64,000 nucleotides of DNA from Nanobdellota archaeon (lineage in GTDB: Archaea > Nanobdellota > Nanobdellia > Woesearchaeales > GW2011-AR4). Below the pieces are notes generated by a model. That model saw only the letters and a list, made by a program, of their open reading frames with translations. It was not told the origin of the DNA and did not search any database. This document shows, piece by piece, positions 38,839 through 48,956 of this stretch (positions within the stretch are counted from its first letter, which is position 1; every line of letters starts with the position of its first letter). The stretch covers positions 7,041 through 71,040 of the forward strand of contig JADFLA010000001.1 of the NCBI GenBank assembly GCA_022564635.1, read 5' to 3'. Position numbers and translations under genes: made by a program.

Positions 38839-40329
38839 ATGGCAGGATTAGAATTCCTTACAACATTTATTCCAGCAGATGGATCTGATTATCATCTTAC
38901 AAGATTTGTTTTCTTACGAGCCCTAGGCTTTGTTTACTTTTTTGCATTTCTTTCTCTCCTAAGACAAGTTATACCGCTATTAGGTGAAAAAGGACTAACT
39001 CCCGCTAAGGAGTACCTTAATGTAATAGGGCCTAATTTTAGAAACAAAGCAATAGCTTTTTGGAAGCTTCCTACCCTCTTTTGGTTCTATATTTCCGATA
39101 ATTTGCTTAAAATATTAGCATGGTTAGGTTTAATTTTATCTTTTTTATTAATGATAGGTTTTGGAAATGTAATTACATTATTTTTATTGTGGATTATTTA
39201 TCTTTCATTTGTCCATATTGGACAAGTATGGTATGGCTATGGCTGGGAGGGACAATTATTAGAAACAGGATTTGTAGCAATATTCATGGTTCCATTATTA
39301 AATCCAACACCATTTCCAAACTTTGCTCCTCCTATAGCTGTAATATGGCTTTTACTTTGGATTACATTTAGATTGCATCTAGGTTCTGGTTTAATTAAAT
39401 TTCGTGCAGACCCTTGTTGGAAAGACCTTACTTGCCTTAACTATCATTTTGAAACCCAACCAATTCCTAATCCATTAAGCCCATACTGGCATTTTCTTCC
39501 AAAACAAATCTTAAGATTAGGTGTTCTTTGGACTCATTTTGTACAGATAATAGTGCCATTTTTTCTTTTTATTCCAGGATTTCCAAGAGTTATTGCTGGT
39601 TTGCTCTTATTATCATTCCAAATTCAATTAATGCTTAGTGGGAATTTATCTTTTCTTAATGTAATCAGCATTGTTGGAATATTTGCAGCTTTCAATGACA
39701 ATTTTTTATCAAATTTATTACCTAATTTTATTGTTGAAAAGGCAGAACAAGCAGCTATTGCAACCTTACCCTCTATTAATTATGTTGCTTGGGCCTTGTT
39801 CCTTGTAGTTGCAATTTTAAGTATACCTGTTATAATAAATCTTTTTTCAAGATACCAATTCATGAATACCTCCTTTAATCAGTTTTATCTGGTAAATACC
39901 TATGGAGCTTTTGGAAGTGTTGGAAGGAAGCGGTATGAGCTTATTATTCAAGGTACAAATGATGGAATTATTAACACAAAAACAAAATGGAAAGAATATG
40001 AATTTAAAGCCAAACCCGGTAATATACATAGAAAACTTCCTATTATTGCACCTTACCAACCAAGAATAGACTGGCAAATTTGGTTTGCTGCAATGCAAAC
40101 ACCTGGACAAAATCCATGGATGTTAACCTTCATAAAAAAACTTTTAGATAATGATAAAAATACATTAAGTTTAATTGCACATAATCCATTTCTCGATAAA
40201 CCACCTAAATATATAAGGGTACAACATTACATATATAGTTTTGCTCCAATTCGCTTCAAAGCAGTATGGGAGCGTGAATATATTAGACCATGGCTTCCGC
40301 CGATGTCAAAAGAAGATATTCATAATTAA
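38839..40329 (+). CDS. lipase-maturation-factor (LMF)/HTTM-like polytopic membrane protein
   Basis: N-terminus YHLTRFVFLRALGFVYFFAFLSLLRQVIPLLGEKGLTPAKEYL collinear with LMF family; multiple TMs. Confidence 0.6.
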   Translation: MAGLEFLTTFIPADGSDYHLTRFVFLRALGFVYFFAFLSLLRQVIPLLGEKGLTPAKEYLNVIGPNFRNKAIAFWKLPTLFWFYISDNLLKILAWLGLILSFLLMIGFGNVITLFLLWIIYLSFVHIGQVWYGYGWEGQLLETGFVAIFMVPLLNPTPFPNFAPPIAVIWLLLWITFRLHLGSGLIKFRADPCWKDLTCLNYHFETQPIPNPLSPYWHFLPKQILRLGVLWTHFVQIIVPFFLFIPGFPRVIAGLLLLSFQIQLMLSGNLSFLNVISIVGIFAAFNDNFLSNLLPNFIVEKAEQAAIATLPSINYVAWALFLVVAILSIPVIINLFSRYQFMNTSFNQFYLVNTYGAFGSVGRKRYELIIQGTNDGIINTKTKWKEYEFKAKPGNIHRKLPIIAPYQPRIDWQIWFAAMQTPGQNPWMLTFIKKLLDNDKNTLSLIAHNPFLDKPPKYIRVQHYIYSFAPIRFKAVWEREYIRPWLPPMSKEDIHN

Positions 40330-40337
40330 TCATAAAA

Positions 40338-41003
40338 ATGCCAAAACCACCAAAAAATATAGGCAAAATAATCTCTTTACTAAAAAAAGAAATAAAACAA
40401 TTTGAAAATCCTGTTGCAACAGAAATAGGCGAAAGAACTAGAAGCCCATTTCAGGTATTGATTTCTTGCATATTAAGCTTAAGAACAAAAGACACAACAA
40501 CCGGTCCAGCAGCTAAAAGATTATTCAAACTAGCAGACAATCCAAAAGACATGCTTAAACTAACAAAAAAACAGATAGAGAAAGCAATCTTCCCAGTTGG
40601 CTTTTACCCAACAAAAGCAAAATATATCATAAAAACATGTAAAAAGTTAATTGATGATTACAAAGGAAAAGTTCCTAAAAGTGAAAAAGAGCTACTAAAA
40701 CTTCCAGGTATAGGAAGGAAATGCATGGGCATTGTAATGTGTTATGGATTTGGGAAAAATTCTCATATACCTGTAGACACTCACGTCCATAAGTTAACAA
40801 ATAGACTTGGTTGGGTTAAAACAAAGACACCGGAAAAAACAGAACAAGAATTAATGCAAATAATTCCAAAAAAATACTGGCACGACTTAAATAATTTATT
40901 AGTAGCTCACGGACAAAACATTTGTGTTCCTGTTTCTCCATATTGCTCCAAGTGCCCAATAAGAAAATATTGTCCTAGGATTGGAGTTAAGAGAAGTAGA
41001 TAA
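40338..41003 (+). CDS. nth: endonuclease III
   Basis: HhH LLKLPGIGRKCMGIVM and 4Fe-4S cluster C-x6-C-x2-C-x5-C (CVPVSPYCSKCPIRKYC). Confidence 0.85.
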   Translation: MPKPPKNIGKIISLLKKEIKQFENPVATEIGERTRSPFQVLISCILSLRTKDTTTGPAAKRLFKLADNPKDMLKLTKKQIEKAIFPVGFYPTKAKYIIKTCKKLIDDYKGKVPKSEKELLKLPGIGRKCMGIVMCYGFGKNSHIPVDTHVHKLTNRLGWVKTKTPEKTEQELMQIIPKKYWHDLNNLLVAHGQNICVPVSPYCSKCPIRKYCPRIGVKRSR

Positions 41004-41004
41004 C

Positions 41005-42207
41005 TTATCCCAAAACCAAAAACCCAGTTCCATACATTATCAATAGTCCTGCAAGAAATCCAAGAATATTTGTAACTGTAAATATCGAAAGCCAATTGCC
41101 TTTTGCCATGGACTTAGTTATGTCAAAAGAGACATCAAATATTGCACCTGCACCTATTGCTAGGAAAAGTACAGCTAATGCAGCAGAATAAGCAAAACCT
41201 CCAATTAAAGTTCCGATTATTGTAGGACCGCCCGCTATTAATCCCATAAGGACAAGATGAGGTATAAAGTGTTTGATCTGCCTAAAGGTCCTGGTTAGTG
41301 GAGAAACAATTGCAATGCCTTCTGTAACGTTATGGATCATAAATCCGATAACAAGTGTAGCGCCTAGAGCAATTTCTCCAATCGCATAAGCACTTCCAAT
41401 TGCAAGACCTTCTCCAAGATTATGCAAGCCAATCCCAAGAGCAATTAAATAACCCCAAACTAAAGCTTGATAATATTCTCCTCTCTCTTGTTTGTGATGT
41501 TGCGTTTTGTAGCTTACAGCGGATAATGTTAATACCGCTAACAAAAACCCAATTACCAAAATGCCTATTCCATTAAATGCTTGAGGTAAATTTCCTATTT
41601 GCTCAAAAGATTCTGATAGAGCATCAAATCCCAAAAATATAAGCAATCCAATAGTCAAAGAAAGCAAGAACTTATACCCCTTTCCTTTTAGTCTTTTAAG
41701 GAATGGAAACCACAACAATCCTAAAAGTACAGGAATGACACCAACATAAATTCCTAATAATACAAATGTCTTAAAGAAAAGAAAATTAAATTTTGGTGTC
41801 AAGGTTGCTACTCCTATCTCACCTTCAAAAGTTACTCCATCACTTGCAAAAAGGGTAATTCCATAAGGATCACCTTCTATCCATGGATAATTGAGCTTTA
41901 TCGTGCCTTTCTCAAGTGGCAGTAATGTTTTACTTGGTTCCATGGTATACTGCCAAAAAACCTCATTAACTGTTACTTGCGCTATTGTAACAGGCTCAGG
42001 ACCGTCATTAATTATCTCAATAAAAATTTGTTCTGGCTCTAAGATAAATCTTTGTATAAAAATTTCTTCAATAGGAGGCAGTTCTGCTTTAAAAACTCCT
42101 AAAGGACCAAATTTAAGAAAGACAAAAAGTAAGATAAATAACAAAATTATAGGTAATAAAGCACTTCCCCAAAATTTAATTCTATGATTCTTTTCTGGCT
42201 GTTCCAT
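41005..42207 (-). CDS. ZIP-family metal cation transporter with N-terminal extra domain
   Basis: C-terminal GLHNLGEGLAIG…HNVTEGIAI ZIP signature. Confidence 0.7.
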   Translation of the reverse strand: MEQPEKNHRIKFWGSALLPIILLFILLFVFLKFGPLGVFKAELPPIEEIFIQRFILEPEQIFIEIINDGPEPVTIAQVTVNEVFWQYTMEPSKTLLPLEKGTIKLNYPWIEGDPYGITLFASDGVTFEGEIGVATLTPKFNFLFFKTFVLLGIYVGVIPVLLGLLWFPFLKRLKGKGYKFLLSLTIGLLIFLGFDALSESFEQIGNLPQAFNGIGILVIGFLLAVLTLSAVSYKTQHHKQERGEYYQALVWGYLIALGIGLHNLGEGLAIGSAYAIGEIALGATLVIGFMIHNVTEGIAIVSPLTRTFRQIKHFIPHLVLMGLIAGGPTIIGTLIGGFAYSAALAVLFLAIGAGAIFDVSFDITKSMAKGNWLSIFTVTNILGFLAGLLIMYGTGFLVLG

Positions 42208-42209
42208 TT

Positions 42210-43274
42210 TTATTCCTCAACCTCGAAAAATCCCATCCATCCTAGTTCAGCAAACTCTGTTTTATGGGCATGGAACATATATTTTCCTGGAAATTTGAAT
42301 CTTATATCTAAAATAGACCTCTCTCCCTGACCCATAATTAATATGTCGGTGTAAAAATCAGGCTCGAGTTCTGTTCCAGTAGGATATTCATCAAAGAAGT
42401 TTGCATGCACATGGAATGAATTTATCTGGTCAAATTCCAAAATATTCGTTAAATAAATCCTTACTAATTCTCCCTGCTTTACTTTTATTGGGTTGTTTAT
42501 GAAATAGAAAGCAATTGTATTAACCGAGTAAATTTCATTTTCCCCGTCAAAGTTAACATCAAAACCATTCATCATCATTATTAGTTCCTTATCTGGTTTT
42601 GGCCTTGTATCCTCTTTAGGATCAACAATGTAAGTTCCATACAATCCCCTATGTATATGCTCGCTTACCGGCAAACTATGGCAATGATACAAATGAGTCC
42701 CAAATGGAACTGCTTCAAATTCATAAAAGAAAGTATCTCCAGGGTTAACAAACTGGTTTTTCATTGCACCATCCATTTCTGCAGTATGGAAGCCATGAAA
42801 GTGTATTGTATGTGGTTTTGTGCCTCTATTCTCAAAATGTATCCTTACTAAATCACCTTCTGTTACCCTTATTGTAGGTCCTGGAACCTGTCCATTATAA
42901 GCCCATGCTGGAAAGAAAATCCCAGGAGCAACCTCAATTTCCCTATCCTCAATATAGAACCAATATTCTCTAATCAAGCTTCCATCAGACCTTTTCGTTT
43001 CTTTGTAGAATTTTTTACGTTCCTCTTTTGGAAGATTATTGAAATTCCATGTTGTAAGATATTCCATTGGATCAATGCCAATTGCATCCTCTCCTACTTG
43101 TCCAACCATACCCATATTATGCTGAGCAATCTGCTGCAGTTTAGCAAAATCAACTTCATTATCTTGTGCAATAACCTCCGTAGGAGTTAATAACTTAAAA
43201 ATAAGAAATCCAAGTACTAAAAATACTATTAATAATGGAATTCTGATTTTATTCAATACAGCTTTTTCTAACAT
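42210..43274 (-). CDS. two-domain multicopper oxidase
   Basis: Cu-site motifs HTIHFHGFH, HCHSLPVSEHIHRGLYG, FHAH; signal/TM anchor. Confidence 0.7.
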   Translation of the reverse strand: MLEKAVLNKIRIPLLIVFLVLGFLIFKLLTPTEVIAQDNEVDFAKLQQIAQHNMGMVGQVGEDAIGIDPMEYLTTWNFNNLPKEERKKFYKETKRSDGSLIREYWFYIEDREIEVAPGIFFPAWAYNGQVPGPTIRVTEGDLVRIHFENRGTKPHTIHFHGFHTAEMDGAMKNQFVNPGDTFFYEFEAVPFGTHLYHCHSLPVSEHIHRGLYGTYIVDPKEDTRPKPDKELIMMMNGFDVNFDGENEIYSVNTIAFYFINNPIKVKQGELVRIYLTNILEFDQINSFHVHANFFDEYPTGTELEPDFYTDILIMGQGERSILDIRFKFPGKYMFHAHKTEFAELGWMGFFEVEE

Positions 43275-43369
43275 TTTATTTTTTATAATTTTAATTATTT
43301 TATAATTTTAATTGTTTTTATTATTATTAATTGTCGTTTTAGTTTTATTGTAATTATTAAATATTGTTT

Positions 43370-43774
43370 TTAAGAAAACTTCGGAATTGGTTTTCCGTGA
43401 GGGTCCTCTTGGGGATTTCCCAATAATCTCCTTAATTTTTCAATTGCTTCATCGCTAAAAGCATGCTCAAGCTTATGAGCTTCTTCATGTATACCCTCTG
43501 AATTTATACGCAATATATTTTTCAAAAAACTCTCAATTATTCTATGCTTGAATGTCAGTTTTTGTGCAATTTTTTTACCCTTAGATGTAAACTTCAGCTT
43601 TGAATATTTCTTATACTCCACCAATCCTTCCCTATTAAGCTGTTGAAGCATCTCAGAAACAGAAGGCTTTGTTATATTTAGATAATCAGCAAGATCAACT
43701 GATTTTACATAAGGATCATCTTCCATCAAATGATATATTCCCCTCAAATAATCTTCCTTATTAGCACTCTCCAT
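43370..43774 (-). CDS. DtxR/MntR-family metal-dependent transcriptional repressor
   Basis: EDYLRGIYHLMEDDPYVKSVDLADYLNITKPSVSEMLQQLNREGLV wHTH; metal-site region. Confidence 0.8.
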   Translation of the reverse strand: MESANKEDYLRGIYHLMEDDPYVKSVDLADYLNITKPSVSEMLQQLNREGLVEYKKYSKLKFTSKGKKIAQKLTFKHRIIESFLKNILRINSEGIHEEAHKLEHAFSDEAIEKLRRLLGNPQEDPHGKPIPKFS

Positions 43775-44047
43775 AAAAGTTAGGCTAACCTAACTTATAT
43801 ATAAAGGTTTCGGAAAAGTATAATTATTCAGCTTTACGAGGTCAATCATTTAATTTTATTGTTTATTTCTAATCTGTGCCTTCGGCACGAATTTTACTGC
43901 TCGGCAAAATTTGTCCTGCCATTAAATTTCGCCTCGCCTATTTATTCACTAAAAATAATTTTATTTTAAATTTTAAAAAAGTCAATAATGGTTATAATTT
44001 CTTAACAAAAAGATAAATTAATAAACGCCCTATATTTTACAATTTTA

Positions 44048-45547
44048 ATGCCACTAGAAACAGAAACAATAAGCAGTAAATTAGAAGAAATTAAAGACAA
44101 ATGTCTAGTAATAGCTTTCTTTGAAGACAAATTAAAATTAAACAACGAAATAAACAAACTTGACAACTCAATAAATAATGTTATTAATAATTCCATCAAA
44201 AACAAGGATTTTAAAGCAGAAAAAAATGAAATAAAATCATTTTACATCAATAATAAAAACCTCAAATATTTAACTTTGCTTGGCTTAGAGAAAGAAAAAG
44301 ATTTTAACCTCAACAAATTAATGGAAATAGTTAGCAATTTATCCAGAAAATTAAGATCCTCAGATATAAACTCCTTTACCATTGATCTAAATTCTTTCAA
44401 AAATAAAAAATTCAACAATGAAATATATCTAGAAAAGATAACACAAGCAATAATCCTTTCCTTGTACCAATTTAATAAATTCAAAACTAAAGATTTAGAT
44501 AAAATAAAGACAATAAAAAAAGTTTCAATAATTATAGATAATAAAAACTTAAAAAATTCTGAAAAAATAGTAAATGAAGCAATAATTTATTCAGAAGCAG
44601 TTAATAAGACAAGGGATTTAGTAAACACGCCCCCTAATATTGCAACCCCGGAGTATGTGGCAAATGATGCAATTGAAACTGCTAAAAGAAATAACCTAAA
44701 ATGTACAATTCTTGATGAAAAGCAAATTGAAAAATTAGGCATGGGATGCATGATGGCAGTTGCCCGCGGTAGTTCTAATAAACCAAGAATTTTTATTCTT
44801 GAGTATAAGGGCAATGGAAATGAAAAGCCAATTGTTTTGGTTGGAAAAGGAATAACATTTGATACTGGCGGCTTAAATATTAAACCATCTTCTTATTTAA
44901 CAACAATGAAGGATGATAAAGCAGGAGCTTGCGGCATAATAAATATTTTAGAAGCATGTTCAAAGTTAAAGTTAAAATTGAACATAGTTGGCATTGGAGC
45001 TTTAGCAGAAAACATGATAAGCAGCTCTTCTTACAGGCCTGACGATGTTTTAAAATCATATTCTGGATTAACAGTTGAAGTTACAAACACAGATGCAGAA
45101 GGTCGCTTAGTTGTAGCAGATGCCATATCTTATTCATTAAAATACAAGCCAAAAGCAATTATTGATGTCGCAACCTTAACAGGAGCTTCTATTGTAGCCT
45201 TAGGTTATTTTGCCAGCCCTGTTGTAGGTAACAATCAAAAACTTATAGATAAAATAAAAATAGCAAGCGAAAAAAGCCTTGAGAAAATATGGCAGTTCCC
45301 ATTATGGGAGGAATATAATGACCTCATAAAAAGCGATATTGCAGATATAAAACACTTAAATGAAGGCATTGATGCAGGCGTCATGGTAGGAGGAATTTTC
45401 CTAAAGAATTTTGTAGATGACATACCATGGGCACATATAGACATAGGTAACACCGTCTGGGCAAAGCAAGAAAAAAGCTACACAGTAAAAGGTGCAACTG
45501 GTTTTAGTGTTTTATTATTATTAAATTTGTTGAAGGATTGGAAATAA
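44048..45547 (+). CDS. pepA: leucyl aminopeptidase (M17)
   Basis: NTDAEGRLVVADA signature; VGKGITFDTGG. Confidence 0.85.
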   Translation: MPLETETISSKLEEIKDKCLVIAFFEDKLKLNNEINKLDNSINNVINNSIKNKDFKAEKNEIKSFYINNKNLKYLTLLGLEKEKDFNLNKLMEIVSNLSRKLRSSDINSFTIDLNSFKNKKFNNEIYLEKITQAIILSLYQFNKFKTKDLDKIKTIKKVSIIIDNKNLKNSEKIVNEAIIYSEAVNKTRDLVNTPPNIATPEYVANDAIETAKRNNLKCTILDEKQIEKLGMGCMMAVARGSSNKPRIFILEYKGNGNEKPIVLVGKGITFDTGGLNIKPSSYLTTMKDDKAGACGIINILEACSKLKLKLNIVGIGALAENMISSSSYRPDDVLKSYSGLTVEVTNTDAEGRLVVADAISYSLKYKPKAIIDVATLTGASIVALGYFASPVVGNNQKLIDKIKIASEKSLEKIWQFPLWEEYNDLIKSDIADIKHLNEGIDAGVMVGGIFLKNFVDDIPWAHIDIGNTVWAKQEKSYTVKGATGFSVLLLLNLLKDWK

Positions 45548-45556
45548 ATAAAGAAT

Positions 45557-45919
45557 TCAACCACAAATATCCATAAATTCTTTAGGAGAAACAATTTTTG
45601 TATTTCCAAACTTTTTAAGTTTCAGTAGATGTTTATTCCCAGAAACAATATAGTCTGCATTAATTCTTGCAGAACATCTTAATATCATATCATCATCAGG
45701 GTCTTCTTTAACGACATTTCCAATATATTTAGGAGCGACAATTTTAGCATAAGTTAAGATCAAGTTGATTTGCCTTTTAATCATTTCTTCTGGTTCATCA
45801 AAATCTCTTCTCATAACTTTCTCTACATCTTTAAGAATTTCTAAAGTGATAAAGACTTGAATTTTCTTGTCTATTGCTTTTTCTACAATCATATGTGGAT
45901 TTCCAAGTTCCCAGAACAC
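45557..45919 (-). CDS. PIN-domain (VapC-like, TIGR00305-type) toxin, N-terminally truncated (first catalytic Asp region missing; GTG/internal ATG start only)
   Basis: …IVAPKYIGNVVKEDPDDDMILRCSARINADYIVSGNKHLLKLKKFGNTKIVSPKEF collinear with PIN C-terminal two-thirds; upstream in-frame sequence is a palindromic element then a stop. Confidence 0.5.
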   Translation of the reverse strand: MFWELGNPHMIVEKAIDKKIQVFITLEILKDVEKVMRRDFDEPEEMIKRQINLILTYAKIVAPKYIGNVVKEDPDDDMILRCSARINADYIVSGNKHLLKLKKFGNTKIVSPKEFMDICG

Positions 45920-45920
45920 G

Positions 45921-45964
45921 CGAAAATCGAAGATTTTCGGTGTCCTGGAAATCTATGATTTCCA
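45921..45964. repeat. paired-palindrome element copy (minus orientation), ~89% identical to 52094..52137
   Basis: cgaaaatc-gaa-gattttcg + GGTGTCCTG + tggaaatc-tat-gatttcca; compensatory substitutions relative to copy D. Confidence 0.8.
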
Positions 45965-46004
45965 TGAGATAGAAGAAATGAATATGTTTGTGTCTAAAAC
46001 AACC

Positions 46005-46271
46005 TTAAGCACCTTTAATACCTCTACCTTTGTGTATGATTTTCATTACATCTTCTTCTTTTATTCCTTTCTTCTTAGCAAATTCTTGACCCCATTTTGT
46101 TAGTTTCTTAAATTCTTCCTTAGGATCAGGAATTTGTACTTTCTTAAGCAAGATCAAATCATCTGTTCTACTAACTACTAGAGTAGAACCTGTATCTAAG
46201 CCTAAATCTTTCCTCATATCATATGGAATTACAACTTGTCCTTTTGAAGACATTTTAGTTATTTCAGTCAT
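46005..46271 (-). CDS. AbrB/MazE/SpoVT-family antitoxin (VapB-like)
   Basis: SSKGQVVIPYDMRKDLGLDTGSTLVVSRTDD swapped-hairpin motif; upstream of PIN gene on same strand. Confidence 0.65.
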   Translation of the reverse strand: MTEITKMSSKGQVVIPYDMRKDLGLDTGSTLVVSRTDDLILLKKVQIPDPKEEFKKLTKWGQEFAKKKGIKEEDVMKIIHKGRGIKGA

Positions 46272-46470
46272 AGTATATCACCTAGTAAGATAGTAATACA
46301 TTCTTACTTATAAAGTTTATGGTTTTACTTTTTATATCGGGGCTAGTTAAGAATTTTTGGTGGGAAGGAGTTAGATGAGTTTTCTGAAAGAAAACCGAGC
46401 GGAACGGAGTTCTGTAAAGTATTGGGTTTCTGGCGATAAATTTATAAAATAATTGAAATAACTAGCATAC

Positions 46471-46665
46471 ATGCCATACCAAATGATAGGATCTGTTCCA
46501 AAATACGACCAGGATTTTAAAGCCATTAATATGGCAATGGATAAGGGTTCACGAAGATACGAAATTGGAGATCCTAATCGTGAAATAGGACAAATTGTTT
46601 CAGACAGAGAGTTATGGACTGGTAATAGACCAAGTCTTATTGGAAAAGTTCAATATTTGTTGTAA
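46471..46665 (+). CDS. hypothetical 64-aa protein; in-frame TAA followed by 38-codon His-rich extension (to 46790)
   Basis: ORF then TAA then VFGHSHGQWWEHIAHSHGSLGDYLHHNHGYGIYIPVNENK in same frame. Confidence 0.3.
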   Translation: MPYQMIGSVPKYDQDFKAINMAMDKGSRRYEIGDPNREIGQIVSDRELWTGNRPSLIGKVQYLL

Positions 46666-46928
46666 GTATTTGGACATAGTCACGGACAATGGTGGGAACA
46701 TATAGCCCATAGTCATGGTAGCTTGGGAGACTACTTACACCATAACCACGGTTATGGGATTTATATACCGGTCAATGAAAATAAATAGAATCCGAAACCC
46801 AATGTCATCTAACTCCTTCTCCATCTTTATTTATCAAAGATAAAGAAAAAGTTTAATAACAATTAAAAAATCTTATTAAAAAATTAATTAAAAATAATAA
46901 AATTGAAAATAAAAATATCAAAGAAATA

Positions 46929-47450
46929 TTGAAGGTGGTTTTAATTCCAAAAAAAATCCTAATTTTAGTAGAACATGATTTCCAGGATATGGAAGCAATG
47001 TACCCTTACTATAGACTAAAAGAAGCTGGCTTTGAAGTAAAAGTTGCTGGGACAGGAGAAAAAATTTACAAAGGAAAACATGGCTATCCTATTGAGACAG
47101 ACGGTAAGATTGATGACTTTAAAGCAGATGATTTTGATTGCATAGTAATTCCGGGAGGATGGGCACCTGATTATATGAGAAGAAATAAAGCAATGGTTGA
47201 TTTTGTTAAAGAAATGAATGAAAAAGGAAAAGTTGTAGCAGCAATATGCCATGCAGCATCCTTACTAGTTTCTGCGGATATATTAAAAAACAAAAAAATG
47301 ACATGCTTCATGGCTGTAAAAGACGATGCAGTAAACGCAGGAGCTAATTTTGTTGATCAAGAAGTTGTTGTTGACAAAAACCTAATAACCTCAAGAAAAC
47401 CAGATGATTTACCTGCTTTCTGTAAGGAAATAATAAAAGCGTTAAGTTAA
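46929..47450 (+). CDS. pfpI: DJ-1/PfpI-family intracellular protease/glyoxalase
   Basis: AICHAASLL nucleophile elbow; IVIPGGWAPDY. Confidence 0.8.
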   Translation: MKVVLIPKKILILVEHDFQDMEAMYPYYRLKEAGFEVKVAGTGEKIYKGKHGYPIETDGKIDDFKADDFDCIVIPGGWAPDYMRRNKAMVDFVKEMNEKGKVVAAICHAASLLVSADILKNKKMTCFMAVKDDAVNAGANFVDQEVVVDKNLITSRKPDDLPAFCKEIIKALS

Positions 47451-47505
47451 ACATATTCTTTAAAATAATTAATTTAAATAAACAAAAAATAGTTAAAAAT
47501 AGATT

Positions 47506-48921
47506 TCATTTAACCAACTTCTTAATAATCTCATTAACCTCTTTAGGACTAGCCTTTCCTTTAGACTTTCGCATCACAACTCCAACAATAAAATTCAAAG
47601 CCTTTTCCTCTCCTTTCTTATAATCCTCAACAGCCTGTAGATTCTCATTTATCGCTTCTTTGCAATATTTCTCTATTTCCTTAGTATCAGAAACAGCCTC
47701 TAAGTCCCCTTTCTTAACATATTCATCAACATCAAATGGCTTCTCAATTAATTTTTCTAAAATCTTTGAAGCAACATTGTCTGTTATTTTCTTACTCTCA
47801 ACCAACCTTAATAATTTAATCATATGCTTCTCATCCATCTCTATTTCATGCAATTCTTTCTTATTGTAATTCAAAACCCTAACCAACTCGCGTCTTAACC
47901 ATTTCGCAGCCAGAATAGGATCAATTTCCTCAGAAACTTTCTCAAACATCTCCGCTAACTGTTTCTCTGCAGCTATTATTTCAGCATCTTCTTGCTTTAT
48001 TTTGTGTTTAGAAACAAATTTCTTAATCTTATCATGAGCCAACTCTGGCATTTCTTTTTTGATTTTATCTAATATTTTTGTTGTAATCTCTGTTTTAACC
48101 AAATCAGAATCAAGAATATAGCCATAATCTTCTTCTGTCTCCTTTTTCCTCAACAAAAATGTAATTCCTTTTTCAGAGTCCCATGCCCTAGTTTCTTGAT
48201 CTAACTTTTTGCCAGCACTTATCTCAGTTTTCTGCCTTAATATTTCATACTGCAAAGCCCTTTCAATTTCCTTAAACCCAGTTATATTTTTAACTTCTTG
48301 CTTCACAAACCCACTTTCCTTAACAGAAACATTAGCATCCGCTTTTATTATATTTTGATTAATGTCAAATATTCCCAAATAGCCTAAAATTGTAATTAAT
48401 TGTTTCATAAATTCTCTTGCTTCCGCAGCACTTTCCAGTTCTGGCTCTGTAACTATCTCTAACAACGGATTTCCGCTCCTATTGTAATCTACCAAAACAT
48501 AAGCACTTTCCTGCATTCCAGCTGGATGCACTAAAGCAGCTGGATCCTCTTCCATATGCACCCTTGTAATGCCAATTTCTTTACCGGACCTTAATTTTAA
48601 ACTTCCTTTGCTACCAAGAGGGATATCATACTGAGAAATCTGGTAGTTCTTGGCCATATCAGGGTAAAAATAAGATTTCCTGGAAAAAATCAACTCTTTG
48701 CTTATTTTACAATTCAAAGCCAAGCATAATTTTAAAGCAAATTCAACTGCTTTTTTATTTAAAATTGGTTTGCTTCCCGGATGTCCCAAACAACATTCGC
48801 AGGTCCTAGTATTTGGTTCTTCAGAACCCTTAGTTGAACAACCACAGAATAATTTAGTATTAGTATTTAGTTCAATATGACTTTCAAGTCCTATTATGAC
48901 ACCACTTTTAGAGTTTTTCAT
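47506..48921 (-). CDS. gatB: Asp-tRNA(Asn)/Glu-tRNA(Gln) amidotransferase subunit B
   Basis: N-terminal GVIIGLESHIELNTNTKLFCGCS; 471 aa with YqeY-like tail. Confidence 0.85.
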   Translation of the reverse strand: MKNSKSGVIIGLESHIELNTNTKLFCGCSTKGSEEPNTRTCECCLGHPGSKPILNKKAVEFALKLCLALNCKISKELIFSRKSYFYPDMAKNYQISQYDIPLGSKGSLKLRSGKEIGITRVHMEEDPAALVHPAGMQESAYVLVDYNRSGNPLLEIVTEPELESAAEAREFMKQLITILGYLGIFDINQNIIKADANVSVKESGFVKQEVKNITGFKEIERALQYEILRQKTEISAGKKLDQETRAWDSEKGITFLLRKKETEEDYGYILDSDLVKTEITTKILDKIKKEMPELAHDKIKKFVSKHKIKQEDAEIIAAEKQLAEMFEKVSEEIDPILAAKWLRRELVRVLNYNKKELHEIEMDEKHMIKLLRLVESKKITDNVASKILEKLIEKPFDVDEYVKKGDLEAVSDTKEIEKYCKEAINENLQAVEDYKKGEEKALNFIVGVVMRKSKGKASPKEVNEIIKKLVK

Positions 48922-48956
48922 ATTATTTTATTAAATTCGAAGTTTTATTTAAATAT

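Noticed and set aside
45867-46103. ORF 45867..46103 (+)
   Set aside because: It spans the palindrome element and runs antisense into the AbrB antitoxin gene. It has no start context.
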